Assembly: GCA_963771275.1 (NCBI GenBank)
Contig: CAVYSW010000003.1
Span: 1,696,001-1,760,000 of the forward strand
Length of the DNA: 64,000 bases
Direction of reading: 5' to 3'
Source: an uncultured Gemmatimonadales bacterium
Lineage (GTDB): Bacteria; Gemmatimonadota; Gemmatimonadetes; Gemmatimonadales; GWC2-71-9
Under the pieces are notes generated by a model. It did no database searches, was not told where the DNA came from, and worked only from the letters and a program-made list of their open reading frames with translations. A program made the translations under genes and the position numbers. Within the stretch, counting starts at the first letter, position 1; each line of letters opens with the position of its first letter. This document shows, one piece after another, positions 1 to 9,612 of this stretch.

Positions 1-2
1 GT

Positions 3-80
3 CAGACCTCGGCCCGCTACTCGCAGCTCACCGTCACCGTGTTCGCCGAGGTCTTTTTCCTGTCCGGACAGATCCGATGA
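3..80 (+). CDS. 3' end of an upstream gene (partial, unknown product)
   Basis: Open frame QTSARYSQLTVTVFAEVFFLSGQIR* ends in TGA 78-80, overlapping the ATG at 77 (ATGA coupling). Confidence 0.5.
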   Translation, partial: QTSARYSQLTVTVFAEVFFLSGQIR

Positions 81-979
81 AACGCCGCGCGATCCTCCCC
101 GTGCTGCTCACGCTCGCCTGCGCCGCCGGCCCGCACGCCACCACCCCGTTCGACGGCGCGACGGCACTGCGCTACGTGCAGGAGCAGGTGGCGTTCGGCC
201 CCAGGGTCCCCGGTACCGCAGCCCATCGCCGCGCCGGCGACTGGATGCTCGATCACCTGCGGCGCACGGCCGACTCGGTCGAGGTCCAGGCGTGGGTCCA
301 CGTCACGCAGGCGGGCGACTCGCTCCCGCTGCGCAACTTCCTCGGACGATTCCGCCCCGACGTGGCCGACCGCGTCCTGCTGCTGGCGCACTGGGATACG
401 CGGCCGCGCGCCGACAACGAGGCCAACCTCGGCGCGCAGCGGCAGCCCATTCCGGGCGCCAATGATGGCGGCTCGGGCGTCGCCGTCCTGCTCGGGGTCG
501 CGGACGTGCTGGCCAAGACGCCGCCCACCCTCGGCGTGGACCTGCTGTTCGTGGACGGCGAAGACTGGGGCACCGATTTCTCCGGTCCGGACGCCTTGAT
601 CGGCTCGCGCTACTACGCCACGCACCTGCCGCGCGACCGCCATCCCTTGTTCGCCGTGCTGTTCGACATGGTGGGTGACGCCGACCTGCGGATCTACGAG
701 GAAGCGTTCTCCGTGCAGGGGGCGCCGGAGGTCGTGGCGCGGGTGTGGGGGGTCGCGCGGGACCTGGGCTACGGCAACGTGTTCGTGTCGAGCGTCGGGG
801 GCGCGCTGACCGACGACCACATCCCCCTGCTCGAGGCGGGAGTGCGGGCGATCGACGTGATCGATTTCGACTATGGGCCGCGCAACTCCTACTGGCACAC
901 CCTGCAGGACACACCCGACAAGCTCAGTGCGAAGAGCCTCAAGATCGTCGGCGACGTAGCGGTGAAGCTGGTGATGTAG
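77..979 (+). CDS. M28-family Zn peptidase / glutaminyl-cyclase-like lipoprotein
   Basis: Lipoprotein-like signal (MKRR...LTLAC); M28 motifs AHWD, GANDGGSG, DGED, DMVG, DDH, WHT. Confidence 0.85.
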   Translation: MKRRAILPVLLTLACAAGPHATTPFDGATALRYVQEQVAFGPRVPGTAAHRRAGDWMLDHLRRTADSVEVQAWVHVTQAGDSLPLRNFLGRFRPDVADRVLLLAHWDTRPRADNEANLGAQRQPIPGANDGGSGVAVLLGVADVLAKTPPTLGVDLLFVDGEDWGTDFSGPDALIGSRYYATHLPRDRHPLFAVLFDMVGDADLRIYEEAFSVQGAPEVVARVWGVARDLGYGNVFVSSVGGALTDDHIPLLEAGVRAIDVIDFDYGPRNSYWHTLQDTPDKLSAKSLKIVGDVAVKLVM

Positions 980-1098
980 GCGATGGCCGTTGGCCGACAG
1001 CCGATAGCCGAACGCTCCGCCCAACGGGGGGCCCCGGAGCCGGCCCGTCGCCCTGTCGCGATCGTTCGGCATTCGGCTAACGGCAATCGGCTATCGGC
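979..1098. repeat. Heptamer tandem-repeat arms in inverted orientation (GCCGATA-like x5 / TATCGGC-like x5)
   Basis: 979-1013 ggcgatg gccgttg gccgaca gccgata gccgaac; 1064-1098 gttcggc attcggc taacggc aatcggc tatcggc. Confidence 0.8.
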
Positions 1099-1174
1099 CC
1101 TTCCCGCTTCCTTCTGCTCCCCGTCGCGGTGTTTCGGTACCTCCCCCCTCGTTGAGCAACCCTATCGTTGGTCC

Positions 1175-1795
1175 ATGGCGACGTCGGACGATCGCCGGGC
1201 CGCGCTCGTGCTGCTCGGGCTCACCCTGGCGGGGGTGGCGGTGCGAATGGTGATGGGCGGCACGGCTGCGCCGGGCTCTGTGGCCTATCGTGCCGCCTCG
1301 GAGGATCGACCCGCGGCGGAGTCCACCGCGGCGCAGGCGGCGGCGCTGGCGCGGCCGCTGGCGGCCGGAGAGACCATCGATGTCGACGTCGCGCCCGCCG
1401 ACGCGCTCGTCCGACTGCCGCGCATCGGTCCCGGCACCGCCGCGCGCATCGTGCGGGATCGCGCGGAGCGCGGGCCGTTCGGGTCGCTCGAGGGCTTGGC
1501 CCGCGTGGGGGGACTGGGGGAGGGGACGATCGCGGCGCTGCGCCCCCACGCCGTGTTCTCCGGCCGGCCTCGCCCGGCCATCGGGAAGCCCGCCCCGATG
1601 GCACGCGTGCGGATCAACACCGCCGGCGCGGAGGAATTGATGACGCTGCCGGGCATCGGCCCGCACCTGGCGGCCGCCATCGTCGAGGATCGGACGCGAC
1701 ACGGGCCGTTCCACACGGTGCAGGATCTTGCGCGTGTGAGCGGGATCGGTCCCGGAATCGTGCGCCGGCTCGAAGCGCGTATCCTCGTACCTTGA
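1175..1795 (+). CDS. comEA: ComEA-family DNA-binding protein (two helix-hairpin-helix units)
   Basis: N-terminal TM segment, then IDVDVAPADALVRLPRIGPGTAARIV and VRINTAGAEELMTLPGIGPHLAAAIV HhH repeats; start moved to ATG 1175. Confidence 0.85.
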   Translation: MATSDDRRAALVLLGLTLAGVAVRMVMGGTAAPGSVAYRAASEDRPAAESTAAQAAALARPLAAGETIDVDVAPADALVRLPRIGPGTAARIVRDRAERGPFGSLEGLARVGGLGEGTIAALRPHAVFSGRPRPAIGKPAPMARVRINTAGAEELMTLPGIGPHLAAAIVEDRTRHGPFHTVQDLARVSGIGPGIVRRLEARILVP

Positions 1796-1819
1796 CACGA
1801 CCTAGGGCCCCGGTACTTT
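1792..1819 (+). promoter_or_regulatory. Putative sigma70 promoter for pilB-pilT-pilC
   Basis: TTGACA (1792-1797), 16-nt spacer, TACTTT (1814-1819), about 60 nt before the pilB ATG. Confidence 0.55.
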
Positions 1820-1877
1820 AACCGATTGGGTACGACGCAACACTCAGTCTGCTTCCCCATTCTTCATCAGCGGCGGT

Positions 1878-3584
1878 ATGGCGACGGCGGCAGGGATCAC
1901 GGTTCGGATCGGCGATCTTCTGGTTCGCGAAGGGCTGATCACCCGGGAGCAGCTCGACCAGGCGTTGGTCGAGCAGCGCAACTCCGGGCTGCGGCTGGGC
2001 TACTGCCTCGTGAAGCTCGGGTTCGTCCAGGAGACCGAGATCACCAAGGCCCTGGCCCGGCAGTACCGCATGCCGGCCGTCGACCTGTCGCGCTTCGAGG
2101 TCGATCCCAAGATCATCAAGCTGGTGCCGGCGGACGTCGCGGTGAAGCACATGGTGCTGCCGCTCAAGCGCGAGGGGCGGACGCTCACGGTCGCGATGGC
2201 CGATCCGACGAACATGGGGGTGGTGGACGATCTCAAGTTCATCACGCGCTACGACATCTTCCCGGTGATCGCGGGGGAGTACACGCTCCGCAACGCGATC
2301 GAGCGGTACTACGAGCAGACCGATGCGCAGCTGCAGACGATCCTCAAGGACATCGAGGAGACCGACGAGCTCGAGGTCATCGAGGAGCGGGAGGAGGAGA
2401 CCGGACCCGTCCAGATGGCGGACGACGCCCCGGTCGTCAAGCTGATCAACGGGATCCTCACCGACGCGGTGAAGCGCGGCGCGAGCGACATCCACATCGA
2501 GCCGTTCGAGCACGAGATCCGGGTGCGCTACCGCATCGACGGGGCGCTCCAGGAGGTGATGAAGCCGCCGGTCAAGCTGAAGGCGGCGCTCACGAGCCGT
2601 GTCAAGATCATGTCCAACCTGAACATCGCCGAGCGGCGCGTGCCGCAGGACGGGCGCATCAAGCTCAAGATGGGCAAGCGGGTGATCGATTTCCGCGTGT
2701 CCACGCTGCCCGTGATCTACGGCGAGAAGATCGTGCTCCGGATCCTCGACAAGGGGAACCTGACGCTCGATCTCACCAAGTTCGGGTTCGAGCCCAAGGC
2801 CGAGCGCGATCTGATGCGCGCGATTCTCAACCCCTACGGCATGGTGCTGGTGACGGGGCCGACGGGTTCGGGCAAGACCACCACGCTGTATTCCGCGCTG
2901 CAGCGGATCAACACCATCGAAAAGAACATCATGACGGCCGAGGATCCCGTGGAGTACAACCTGCACGGGATCAACCAGGTGCTGGTCCGCAACGAGATCG
3001 GCATGACGTTCGCGGCCGCGCTGAAGGCGTTCCTGCGGCAGGACCCCAACATCATCATGGTGGGCGAGGTCCGCGACATCGAGACCGGCAGCATCGCGAT
3101 CAAGGCGGCGCTCACCGGCCACCTGGTGCTCTCCACGCTGCACACCAACGACGCGGCGTCGACGATCACCCGCATGATCGACATGGGGATCGAGCCGTTC
3201 AATGTGGCGAGCGCGGTGAACCTGATCGTGGCGCAGCGGCTGGTCCGCCGGATCTGCTCCGAGTGCAAGCAGCCGCAGCAGTACACGGCGGAGGAGCTGG
3301 GGGCGCTCGCGCTCAGCCAGGAGGAGCTCGCCGCCATCACCTTCTACCGCGGTGCCGGCTGTGACGTCTGCAACGGCACCGGCTACAAGGGGCGCGCGGG
3401 CCTGTACGAGGTCATGGCGCTGTCGCCCGAGCTCCGCCGCGGCATTCTGCGCGGGGCGTCGGCCACCGAGCTCAAGGAGCAGGCGGTCGCCGAGGGGATG
3501 CTCACGCTCCGCACGGACGGCATCGTCAAGATCAAGAAGGGCGTTACGACGCTCGAAGAGGTCGTCAAGGAGACCGCGGAGTGA
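1878..3584 (+). CDS. pilB: Type IVa pilus assembly ATPase PilB
   Basis: N-terminal MshEN-like motif, ASDIHIEP, Walker A GPTGSGKTT, LRQDPNIIMVGEVRD, tetracysteine CSEC/CDVC. Confidence 0.95.
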   Translation: MATAAGITVRIGDLLVREGLITREQLDQALVEQRNSGLRLGYCLVKLGFVQETEITKALARQYRMPAVDLSRFEVDPKIIKLVPADVAVKHMVLPLKREGRTLTVAMADPTNMGVVDDLKFITRYDIFPVIAGEYTLRNAIERYYEQTDAQLQTILKDIEETDELEVIEEREEETGPVQMADDAPVVKLINGILTDAVKRGASDIHIEPFEHEIRVRYRIDGALQEVMKPPVKLKAALTSRVKIMSNLNIAERRVPQDGRIKLKMGKRVIDFRVSTLPVIYGEKIVLRILDKGNLTLDLTKFGFEPKAERDLMRAILNPYGMVLVTGPTGSGKTTTLYSALQRINTIEKNIMTAEDPVEYNLHGINQVLVRNEIGMTFAAALKAFLRQDPNIIMVGEVRDIETGSIAIKAALTGHLVLSTLHTNDAASTITRMIDMGIEPFNVASAVNLIVAQRLVRRICSECKQPQQYTAEELGALALSQEELAAITFYRGAGCDVCNGTGYKGRAGLYEVMALSPELRRGILRGASATELKEQAVAEGMLTLRTDGIVKIKKGVTTLEEVVKETAE

Positions 3585-3588
3585 CCGG

Positions 3589-4755
3589 ATGACGAATTCA
3601 CCAGCCCCCAAGATTGGCGCGTCGAGCGCGACCGCCACCGGCATCAACCTGCGTCAGCTGCTCGAGGAGATGATCGAGCGCGACGCCTCCGACCTGCACA
3701 TCACGGCGGGTGAACGGCCCAAGGTGCGGATCGACGGGGACATCACCAACTCCCGGGTGGAGCACGTCCTCAACCCGAAGGACACGCTGCAGCTCACGTA
3801 CTCGGTGCTCACGGAGAACCAGAAGAAGCGGTTCGAGACCGAGGACGAGCTCGACTTCTCGTTCGGCATCCAGAACCTGGCCCGGTTCCGCGGCAACTGC
3901 TTCAAGCAGCGCGGCTGCGTGTCGATGGTCATCCGCCAGATCCCGTTCTCGGTGAAGACCTTCGAGGAGCTGGGGCTTCCGCTGGTGCTCGCCAAGCTGG
4001 CGGAACGGCCGCGCGGGCTGGTCCTCGTGACGGGCCCGACGGGGTCGGGCAAGTCCACCACGCTCGCCGCGATGATCGACAAGATCAACAAGGAGCGGAA
4101 GGGACACATCATCACGGTGGAGGACCCGATCGAGTTCATCCACCGGCACCAGGGCTGCATCGTGAACCAGCGGGAGATCGGGACGGACACGAAGTCGTTC
4201 GCGGCGGCCCTCAAGTACGCCCTGCGCCAGGACCCCGACACCGTGCTGATCGGCGAGATGCGCGACCTCGAGACCATCGCGGCTGCGCTCACTATCGCGG
4301 AGACGGGCCACCTGGCGTTCGCCACGCTGCACACCAACTCGGCGGCGGAGACGATCAACCGCATCATCGACGTCTTCCCGTCGCACCAGCAGTCGCAGGT
4401 CCGGGCCCAGCTCGCCTTCGTGGTCGAGGGCGTCGTCACGCAGACGCTGCTGCAGAAGGCGTCGGGCAAGGGCCGCACGATGGCCTGCGAGATCATGGTG
4501 GCGACCCCCGCGATCCGCGCGCTGATTCGCGACGACAAGGTCCACCAGATCTACTCGGCGATGCAGGCCGGCAAGAAGCACGGCATGCAGACCCTCGCCG
4601 ACTCGCTGTACACGCTGTACGTGTCCCGGGAAGTGTCGCTGGAGGAATGCCTGCGCGTGGCCCCGGACCAGAACGAGTTTCTCCGCATGGTGGGTGAACC
4701 GGTCGCGGCGGACCAGGAGCCAAGCGCCGCACGACCTGCAGCCGGACGCCGGTAA
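3589..4755 (+). CDS. pilT: Type IV pilus retraction ATPase PilT
   Basis: ASDLH, GPTGSGKST, TVEDPIEF, LRQDPD, AIRALIRD (AIRNLIRE-like), GMQT; start at ATG 3589. Confidence 0.95.
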   Translation: MTNSPAPKIGASSATATGINLRQLLEEMIERDASDLHITAGERPKVRIDGDITNSRVEHVLNPKDTLQLTYSVLTENQKKRFETEDELDFSFGIQNLARFRGNCFKQRGCVSMVIRQIPFSVKTFEELGLPLVLAKLAERPRGLVLVTGPTGSGKSTTLAAMIDKINKERKGHIITVEDPIEFIHRHQGCIVNQREIGTDTKSFAAALKYALRQDPDTVLIGEMRDLETIAAALTIAETGHLAFATLHTNSAAETINRIIDVFPSHQQSQVRAQLAFVVEGVVTQTLLQKASGKGRTMACEIMVATPAIRALIRDDKVHQIYSAMQAGKKHGMQTLADSLYTLYVSREVSLEECLRVAPDQNEFLRMVGEPVAADQEPSAARPAAGRR

Positions 4756-4773
4756 CGGCGGGAGACCACACGT

Positions 4774-5964
4774 ATGCCAAGCTACGAGTACACCGCACGC
4801 AACCAGCAGGGCCAGGAATCGACCGGGACGATGGACGCGGTCTCGCGGGATGAGGTCGTCGCCAACCTCCGGAAGCAGCGGATGGTGCTCATCCGGCTGC
4901 GCGAAGCCAAGAAGACCACGCGGGGCGGGCGGATCGCGACGCGCGACATCGTGATCTTCACGCGGCAGTTCGCCACCATGATCAATGCGGGCCTGCCGCT
5001 CGTCCAGGCGTTGGACATCCTGGCGCAGCAGACCGACAACAAGGCGCTCGCCGAGGTCACCCGCCAGGTCGTGTACGACGTCGAGAGCGGCCACACGCTC
5101 GCGGACGCGCTCTCGAAGCACCCGCGCGCCTTCACCGCCCTGTACGTCAACATGGTCGCCGCCGGCGAGGCGGGCGGCATTCTCGACACGATCCTGCTCC
5201 GACTGGCCGTCTTCCTCGAGAAGAACGACTTGATCGTCCGCAAGGTGAAGGGCGCGATGATCTACCCGGCGGTGATCTTCTCCGTCGCGCTCATCGCCGT
5301 CGTGGTGCTGCTCATCTTCGTGATCCCGACGTTCCAGCAGATGTTCGCCTCGGTCAACATGGAGCTGCCGCTGCCGACCCGCATCGTGATCGGCCTGAGC
5401 GACTTCCTCCAGGGATACTGGTGGCTGCTGATTCTGGCGATCGTTGCCGTGGGGTTCGGGATCCAGCGCTATTACGCCACCGAAAACGGCAAGCTGGTGA
5501 TCGACCGCCTGCTGCTGCGCGCCCCGGTGGTGGGTGACCTGCTGCGCAAGTCCGCCGTCTCCCGGTTCACCCGCACGCTCGGCACGCTGATCTCGTCGGG
5601 CGTGTCGATCCTCGACGGCCTGGAGATCACCGCCCGCACCGCGGGCAACCGCGTGATCCACGACGCGGTGATGGAATCGCGGGGCTCGATCGCGGGCGGC
5701 GAAACCATCGCCCAGCCGCTGCAAAAGTCGGGCGTGTTCCCGCCGATGGTGACCTCGATGATCGCGGTGGGCGAGGCCACGGGCGGCCTCGACGAGATGC
5801 TCACCAAGATCGCCGACTTCTACGATGACGAGGTCGACGCGGCCGTGGGGGCGCTGCTCTCCCTCATGGAGCCCATCATGATCGTCGTGCTCGGCGTGAT
5901 CGTCGGTGGCATGATCGTCGCGATGTACCTGCCGATCTTCGGTATGATCAACGCGGTGCAGTGA
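4774..5964 (+). CDS. pilC: Type IV pilus inner-membrane platform protein PilC
   Basis: Two T2SSF domains (FTRQFATMINAGLPL; GEAGG; GEATGGLDEML), C-terminal AMYLPIF. Confidence 0.95.
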   Translation: MPSYEYTARNQQGQESTGTMDAVSRDEVVANLRKQRMVLIRLREAKKTTRGGRIATRDIVIFTRQFATMINAGLPLVQALDILAQQTDNKALAEVTRQVVYDVESGHTLADALSKHPRAFTALYVNMVAAGEAGGILDTILLRLAVFLEKNDLIVRKVKGAMIYPAVIFSVALIAVVVLLIFVIPTFQQMFASVNMELPLPTRIVIGLSDFLQGYWWLLILAIVAVGFGIQRYYATENGKLVIDRLLLRAPVVGDLLRKSAVSRFTRTLGTLISSGVSILDGLEITARTAGNRVIHDAVMESRGSIAGGETIAQPLQKSGVFPPMVTSMIAVGEATGGLDEMLTKIADFYDDEVDAAVGALLSLMEPIMIVVLGVIVGGMIVAMYLPIFGMINAVQ

Positions 5965-7037
5965 CGCGGCCGGGCAGCGCGGCTGGCGCGGGGCCCCGTC
6001 CGGACGGCGGGGCCCCGTCGCTTTCGGCTCTCGCCGCGCCGCCGCCGGCGCATCACCGGCCCGACGGACGGTTCCGCAACCCATGGCCCGACGCCGAGCC
6101 ACGCGGTCTCAGCGCGGTGCTGCGCTGGGGCGTCCAGCGCCTGGTGCACGGCGTGGCGGCCGACCGCGACCCGCCCCCAGCCCCGCCCCCGGCCACGGTT
6201 CCCGAACCGCCGGCGCGGCCCGGGTCCCCGCCGGATGGCGCGGTGGCCGTGACGTGGATCGGTCACGCCACGGCGCTCGTGCGGCTCGCCGGCCGCACCG
6301 TGCTCACCGACCCGATGTTCGGCGCGCGGGCATCGCCCGTGCGCTTCGCCGGCCCCCGCCGACGGGTGCCGCCCGGCGTGCCGCTCGCCGAGCTGCCGCC
6401 CGTCCACACCGTGCTGCTGTCCCACAACCACTACGACCACCTCGACGCGCCGAGCGTGCGGCGGATCGCCCGGCGCTGGCCCGCGGCGGAGTGGCACGTC
6501 CCGCTGCGGCTCGCGCGGCTGATCCGCTCGCTGGGGGCGCGCAGAGTCGTGGAGCAGGATTGGTGGCAGGAAGAGACGTCCGGTCCGCTGGTGGTGACCG
6601 CCACCCCGGCGCAGCACTTCAGCGCGCGCACCCCGTTCGACCGCGATCGGACCCTGTGGTGCGGGTGGGTGATCGCCGCGGGGGAACGGCGCGTCTTCTT
6701 CGCGGGCGATACGGGCTACCACCCGGCGTTCGGCGACATTGCCCGGCGCCTGGGACCGTTCGACGCCGCCCTGCTTCCGATCGGCGCCTACGAGCCGCGC
6801 TGGTTCATGCGACCGGCGCACATGAACCCGGAGGAAGCCGTCCGGGCTTTTGGCGACCTGCAGCGCGCCGCGGGGGCGCGCGTGCTCGTCCCGGTGCACT
6901 GGGGCACGTTCAAGCTCACCGACGAGCCGCTGGACGAGCCGCCACGGCGGGCACGCGCCGCCTGGGAGGCCGCCGCCCTGCCGCCCGACGCGCTCTGCCT
7001 GCTGCGTCCCGGTGAGACGCGTGTCCTCCCGGGGTAG
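5961..7037 (+). CDS. MBL-fold metallo-hydrolase (NAPE-PLD/RomA-like)
   Basis: [42 protein letters not shown]. Confidence 0.85.
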   Translation: MTRPGSAAGAGPRPDGGAPSLSALAAPPPAHHRPDGRFRNPWPDAEPRGLSAVLRWGVQRLVHGVAADRDPPPAPPPATVPEPPARPGSPPDGAVAVTWIGHATALVRLAGRTVLTDPMFGARASPVRFAGPRRRVPPGVPLAELPPVHTVLLSHNHYDHLDAPSVRRIARRWPAAEWHVPLRLARLIRSLGARRVVEQDWWQEETSGPLVVTATPAQHFSARTPFDRDRTLWCGWVIAAGERRVFFAGDTGYHPAFGDIARRLGPFDAALLPIGAYEPRWFMRPAHMNPEEAVRAFGDLQRAAGARVLVPVHWGTFKLTDEPLDEPPRRARAAWEAAALPPDALCLLRPGETRVLPG

Positions 7038-7039
7038 CG

Positions 7040-7390
7040 CTACCCGTGGTCCACCCAGAGCCGCCAGGCGTCTTCGGCGGGCCCGAGCGACAGCCGCGGG
7101 CCGGAGCGGACCAGCGGCATGCGAAGCAGCAGCGGCTCCGCCGCAAGGCGGGTGAGCCAGCCGGCATCGCCGAGGCGGGCGGTGCCGAGGCCCAGCTCGG
7201 CGAACCGGCGGCTGTCGCGATCGACCAGCGCCGCCACACCGAACCGCTGCGCGAAGCGCCGCAGCTCCCCCGGGGACGCCGCGCGGACGGCGAAGTCCAC
7301 GAAGTGCACCGTGACCCGCCGCTCGGCAAAGAACCGCAGCGCCTTGCGCGTGTCGGCGCTCTTCCTGACCCCGAAGACTTGGACCTCCAT
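7040..7390 (-). CDS. ArsC/Spx-family protein
   Basis: [25 protein letters not shown]...[10 protein letters not shown]; lacks the catalytic Cys. Confidence 0.75.
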   Translation of the reverse strand: MEVQVFGVRKSADTRKALRFFAERRVTVHFVDFAVRAASPGELRRFAQRFGVAALVDRDSRRFAELGLGTARLGDAGWLTRLAAEPLLLRMPLVRSGPRLSLGPAEDAWRLWVDHG

Positions 7391-7450
7391 GCGCCCTCCC
7401 GGGAACCCCACCGCCCTGCGCCGTGTTCATCTGGCGGCTGGAGGTTGACC

Positions 7451-7855
7451 ATGACCGACAAGATCGTCAAGCAGGACCGGGAATGGGCGGCGCAGCTCAC
7501 CCCCGAGCAATACCGCGTCACCCGACGGAAAGGCACCGAGCCGGCGTTCAGCGGCGCGCTCTGGAAGACCAAGGCACCCGGGCGGTACCGCTGTGTGTGC
7601 TGCGGGGCCGAGTTGTTCGCGTCGGACGCCAAGTTCGATTCGGGCACCGGCTGGCCGAGCTTCTCGACCCCCGCCAACCCGGCACACATCGGCACGGAGC
7701 GCGACGCGAGTCTCGGCATGGCGCGGACGGAGGTCCATTGCGCGCGCTGCGACGCACACCTGGGGCACGTGTTCCCCGATGGCCCGGCGCCGACGGGGCT
7801 GCGCTACTGCATCAACTCCGCGTCCCTCGCGTTCACGCCCGACCCGGAGGGGTGA
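7451..7855 (+). CDS. msrB: Peptide-methionine (R)-S-oxide reductase MsrB
   Basis: [51 protein letters not shown] before ATG 7451. Confidence 0.95.
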   Translation: MTDKIVKQDREWAAQLTPEQYRVTRRKGTEPAFSGALWKTKAPGRYRCVCCGAELFASDAKFDSGTGWPSFSTPANPAHIGTERDASLGMARTEVHCARCDAHLGHVFPDGPAPTGLRYCINSASLAFTPDPEG

Positions 7856-7935
7856 GCCGGGAGAGGTCGGGCAGCGTCCGCGGCAGGGCGCGGCCGGCAT
7901 TGCACTTTGCAGGGGCGGAATCGATACTTTAGCCC

Positions 7936-9603
7936 ATGCAGGCAGTCGAGGCTCCCCGTCGAAGCGCGGCGCAGCGCATCGAGGCCTCGTTCCCCCGCCC
8001 GCTCGGCATCCTGCAGTGGGTCTACGTCGGGCGGGTCCTTGTCGCCCTCGCGGTGTTCGCCGCGGCGGCGTTTTCGTTCCAGGCGGTCCATCCCGCCGTG
8101 CTCGTGGTCCTCGCCGTCGCGGCGCTGACCTCGCTCGCGATGAGCGGCGTTTCGGCGTTCTTCACGCACGTCCTCCGCCGGCACGCCGGGCGCAGCTTCC
8201 TGTACGCGCAGGCGCTCTTCGATCTCGCGCTCATCACCACGGTCGTCCACGTGACCGGCGGGCCGGAGAGCAATTTCATCCCGCTCTACATCCTGGTGAT
8301 CGCGGTCGCGGCCGTGCTGCTGCCGCTGTGGTCGGGCCTGCTGGTGACGTTCCTGGCCAGCGCCCTCCTGATCGCGGATGCCGTGCTGGGCTATCCCGCC
8401 GAGCTGGGCGTCGCCCTGTGGCTGCAGATCGCGGTGTTCATCGCCGTCGCCGTGACCACGGGCTGGGTAGTGAGCCGGGTGGGGGTGATCGGGCGGGAAC
8501 GCGAGGTGTTGCAGCAGGAGGTCCGCCGGCTGCAGCTGGAGGCCGGCGACATCCTCCGCCACATCGGGAGCGGCGTCATGACCGTCGACGGCGACGGGAA
8601 CCTGCTGTTCGCCAATCCCGCCGCCGAGACGCTGCTCTCGCTCAACGCCGCCACCCTGATGGGCCGACCGGTCATGGCGCTGCTGGATACTCGCTCACCC
8701 GAGCTGGCGCACGCGATCGCGGTGACCCAGCAGGAGGATCGGCGACGCCAGCGGGCGGAAGGGCGCGTGACGGCCGGCGGCCGCTCGTTCGCCATCGGGA
8801 TGACGACCACGGCGCTCGAGGTGCCGGACGGCGGCGTGCCGACGGTGACCGCCATCTTCACCGACATCTCGGACCAGAAGCGCATCGAAGAGCTGCATCT
8901 GCGCGCCCAGCGCCTCGAGGCGGTGGCGGAGCTGTCGGCATCGCTCGCCCACGAGATCAAGAACCCCCTGGCCTCGATCCGCTCCTCGGTCGAGCAGCTG
9001 GCCCGCGTCGTGCAAGGCGGCGAGGACGAGCGCTTCCTCGTCCAGCTCGTGCTGCGGGAGAGCGACCGGTTGAACCGGCTGCTCAACGAGTTCCTCGAGT
9101 TCTCGCGCGTGCACGTGGCGCTCTCGCAACCGGTGGATCTCGCGGCCGTGGCGCAGGCGGCGGCGGACGTCGTGCGCCAGCATCCCGCCTGCACGGCGGA
9201 GACGGAGATCCGGGTCAGCGGGACCGTGCCGCCGATCGACGGCGACGAGGACCTGCTCCACCGCGTCGTCGCCAACCTGCTGCTCAACGCGGTGCAGGCC
9301 GCCGCGGGTCGGGTGACCATCTCCGTGGAGCTGCGGCCGGCCCGCCAGGCCGATCTGCCATCGGGGGTCGGTCTGGAATCGGCCGTGCTGCTCCGCGTCT
9401 CCGACGACGGCCCGGGCATTCCGGCCGAGCTGCGCGAGCGGCTGTTCGACCCCTTCGTGACGGGCCGCGCGGGCGGCTCCGGTCTCGGCCTCGCCGTCGT
9501 CCACCGTGCCGTCCAGGCCCACCGGGGCGTGATCCTGGTGGACTCCGGGCCCGACCGCGGCACCGCCTTCACGATCCTGTTCCCGGCGCCCGAGCGCCGC
9601 TGA
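7936..9603 (+). CDS. pilS: PilS-like PAS sensor histidine kinase
   Basis: About 5-6 N-terminal TMs including TGGPESNF, PAS region, H-box AHEIKNPL, G-boxes DDGPG and GSGLGL; lies upstream of pilR-pilA. Confidence 0.8.
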   Translation: MQAVEAPRRSAAQRIEASFPRPLGILQWVYVGRVLVALAVFAAAAFSFQAVHPAVLVVLAVAALTSLAMSGVSAFFTHVLRRHAGRSFLYAQALFDLALITTVVHVTGGPESNFIPLYILVIAVAAVLLPLWSGLLVTFLASALLIADAVLGYPAELGVALWLQIAVFIAVAVTTGWVVSRVGVIGREREVLQQEVRRLQLEAGDILRHIGSGVMTVDGDGNLLFANPAAETLLSLNAATLMGRPVMALLDTRSPELAHAIAVTQQEDRRRQRAEGRVTAGGRSFAIGMTTTALEVPDGGVPTVTAIFTDISDQKRIEELHLRAQRLEAVAELSASLAHEIKNPLASIRSSVEQLARVVQGGEDERFLVQLVLRESDRLNRLLNEFLEFSRVHVALSQPVDLAAVAQAAADVVRQHPACTAETEIRVSGTVPPIDGDEDLLHRVVANLLLNAVQAAAGRVTISVELRPARQADLPSGVGLESAVLLRVSDDGPGIPAELRERLFDPFVTGRAGGSGLGLAVVHRAVQAHRGVILVDSGPDRGTAFTILFPAPERR

Positions 9604-9612
9604 GGACGAGGC

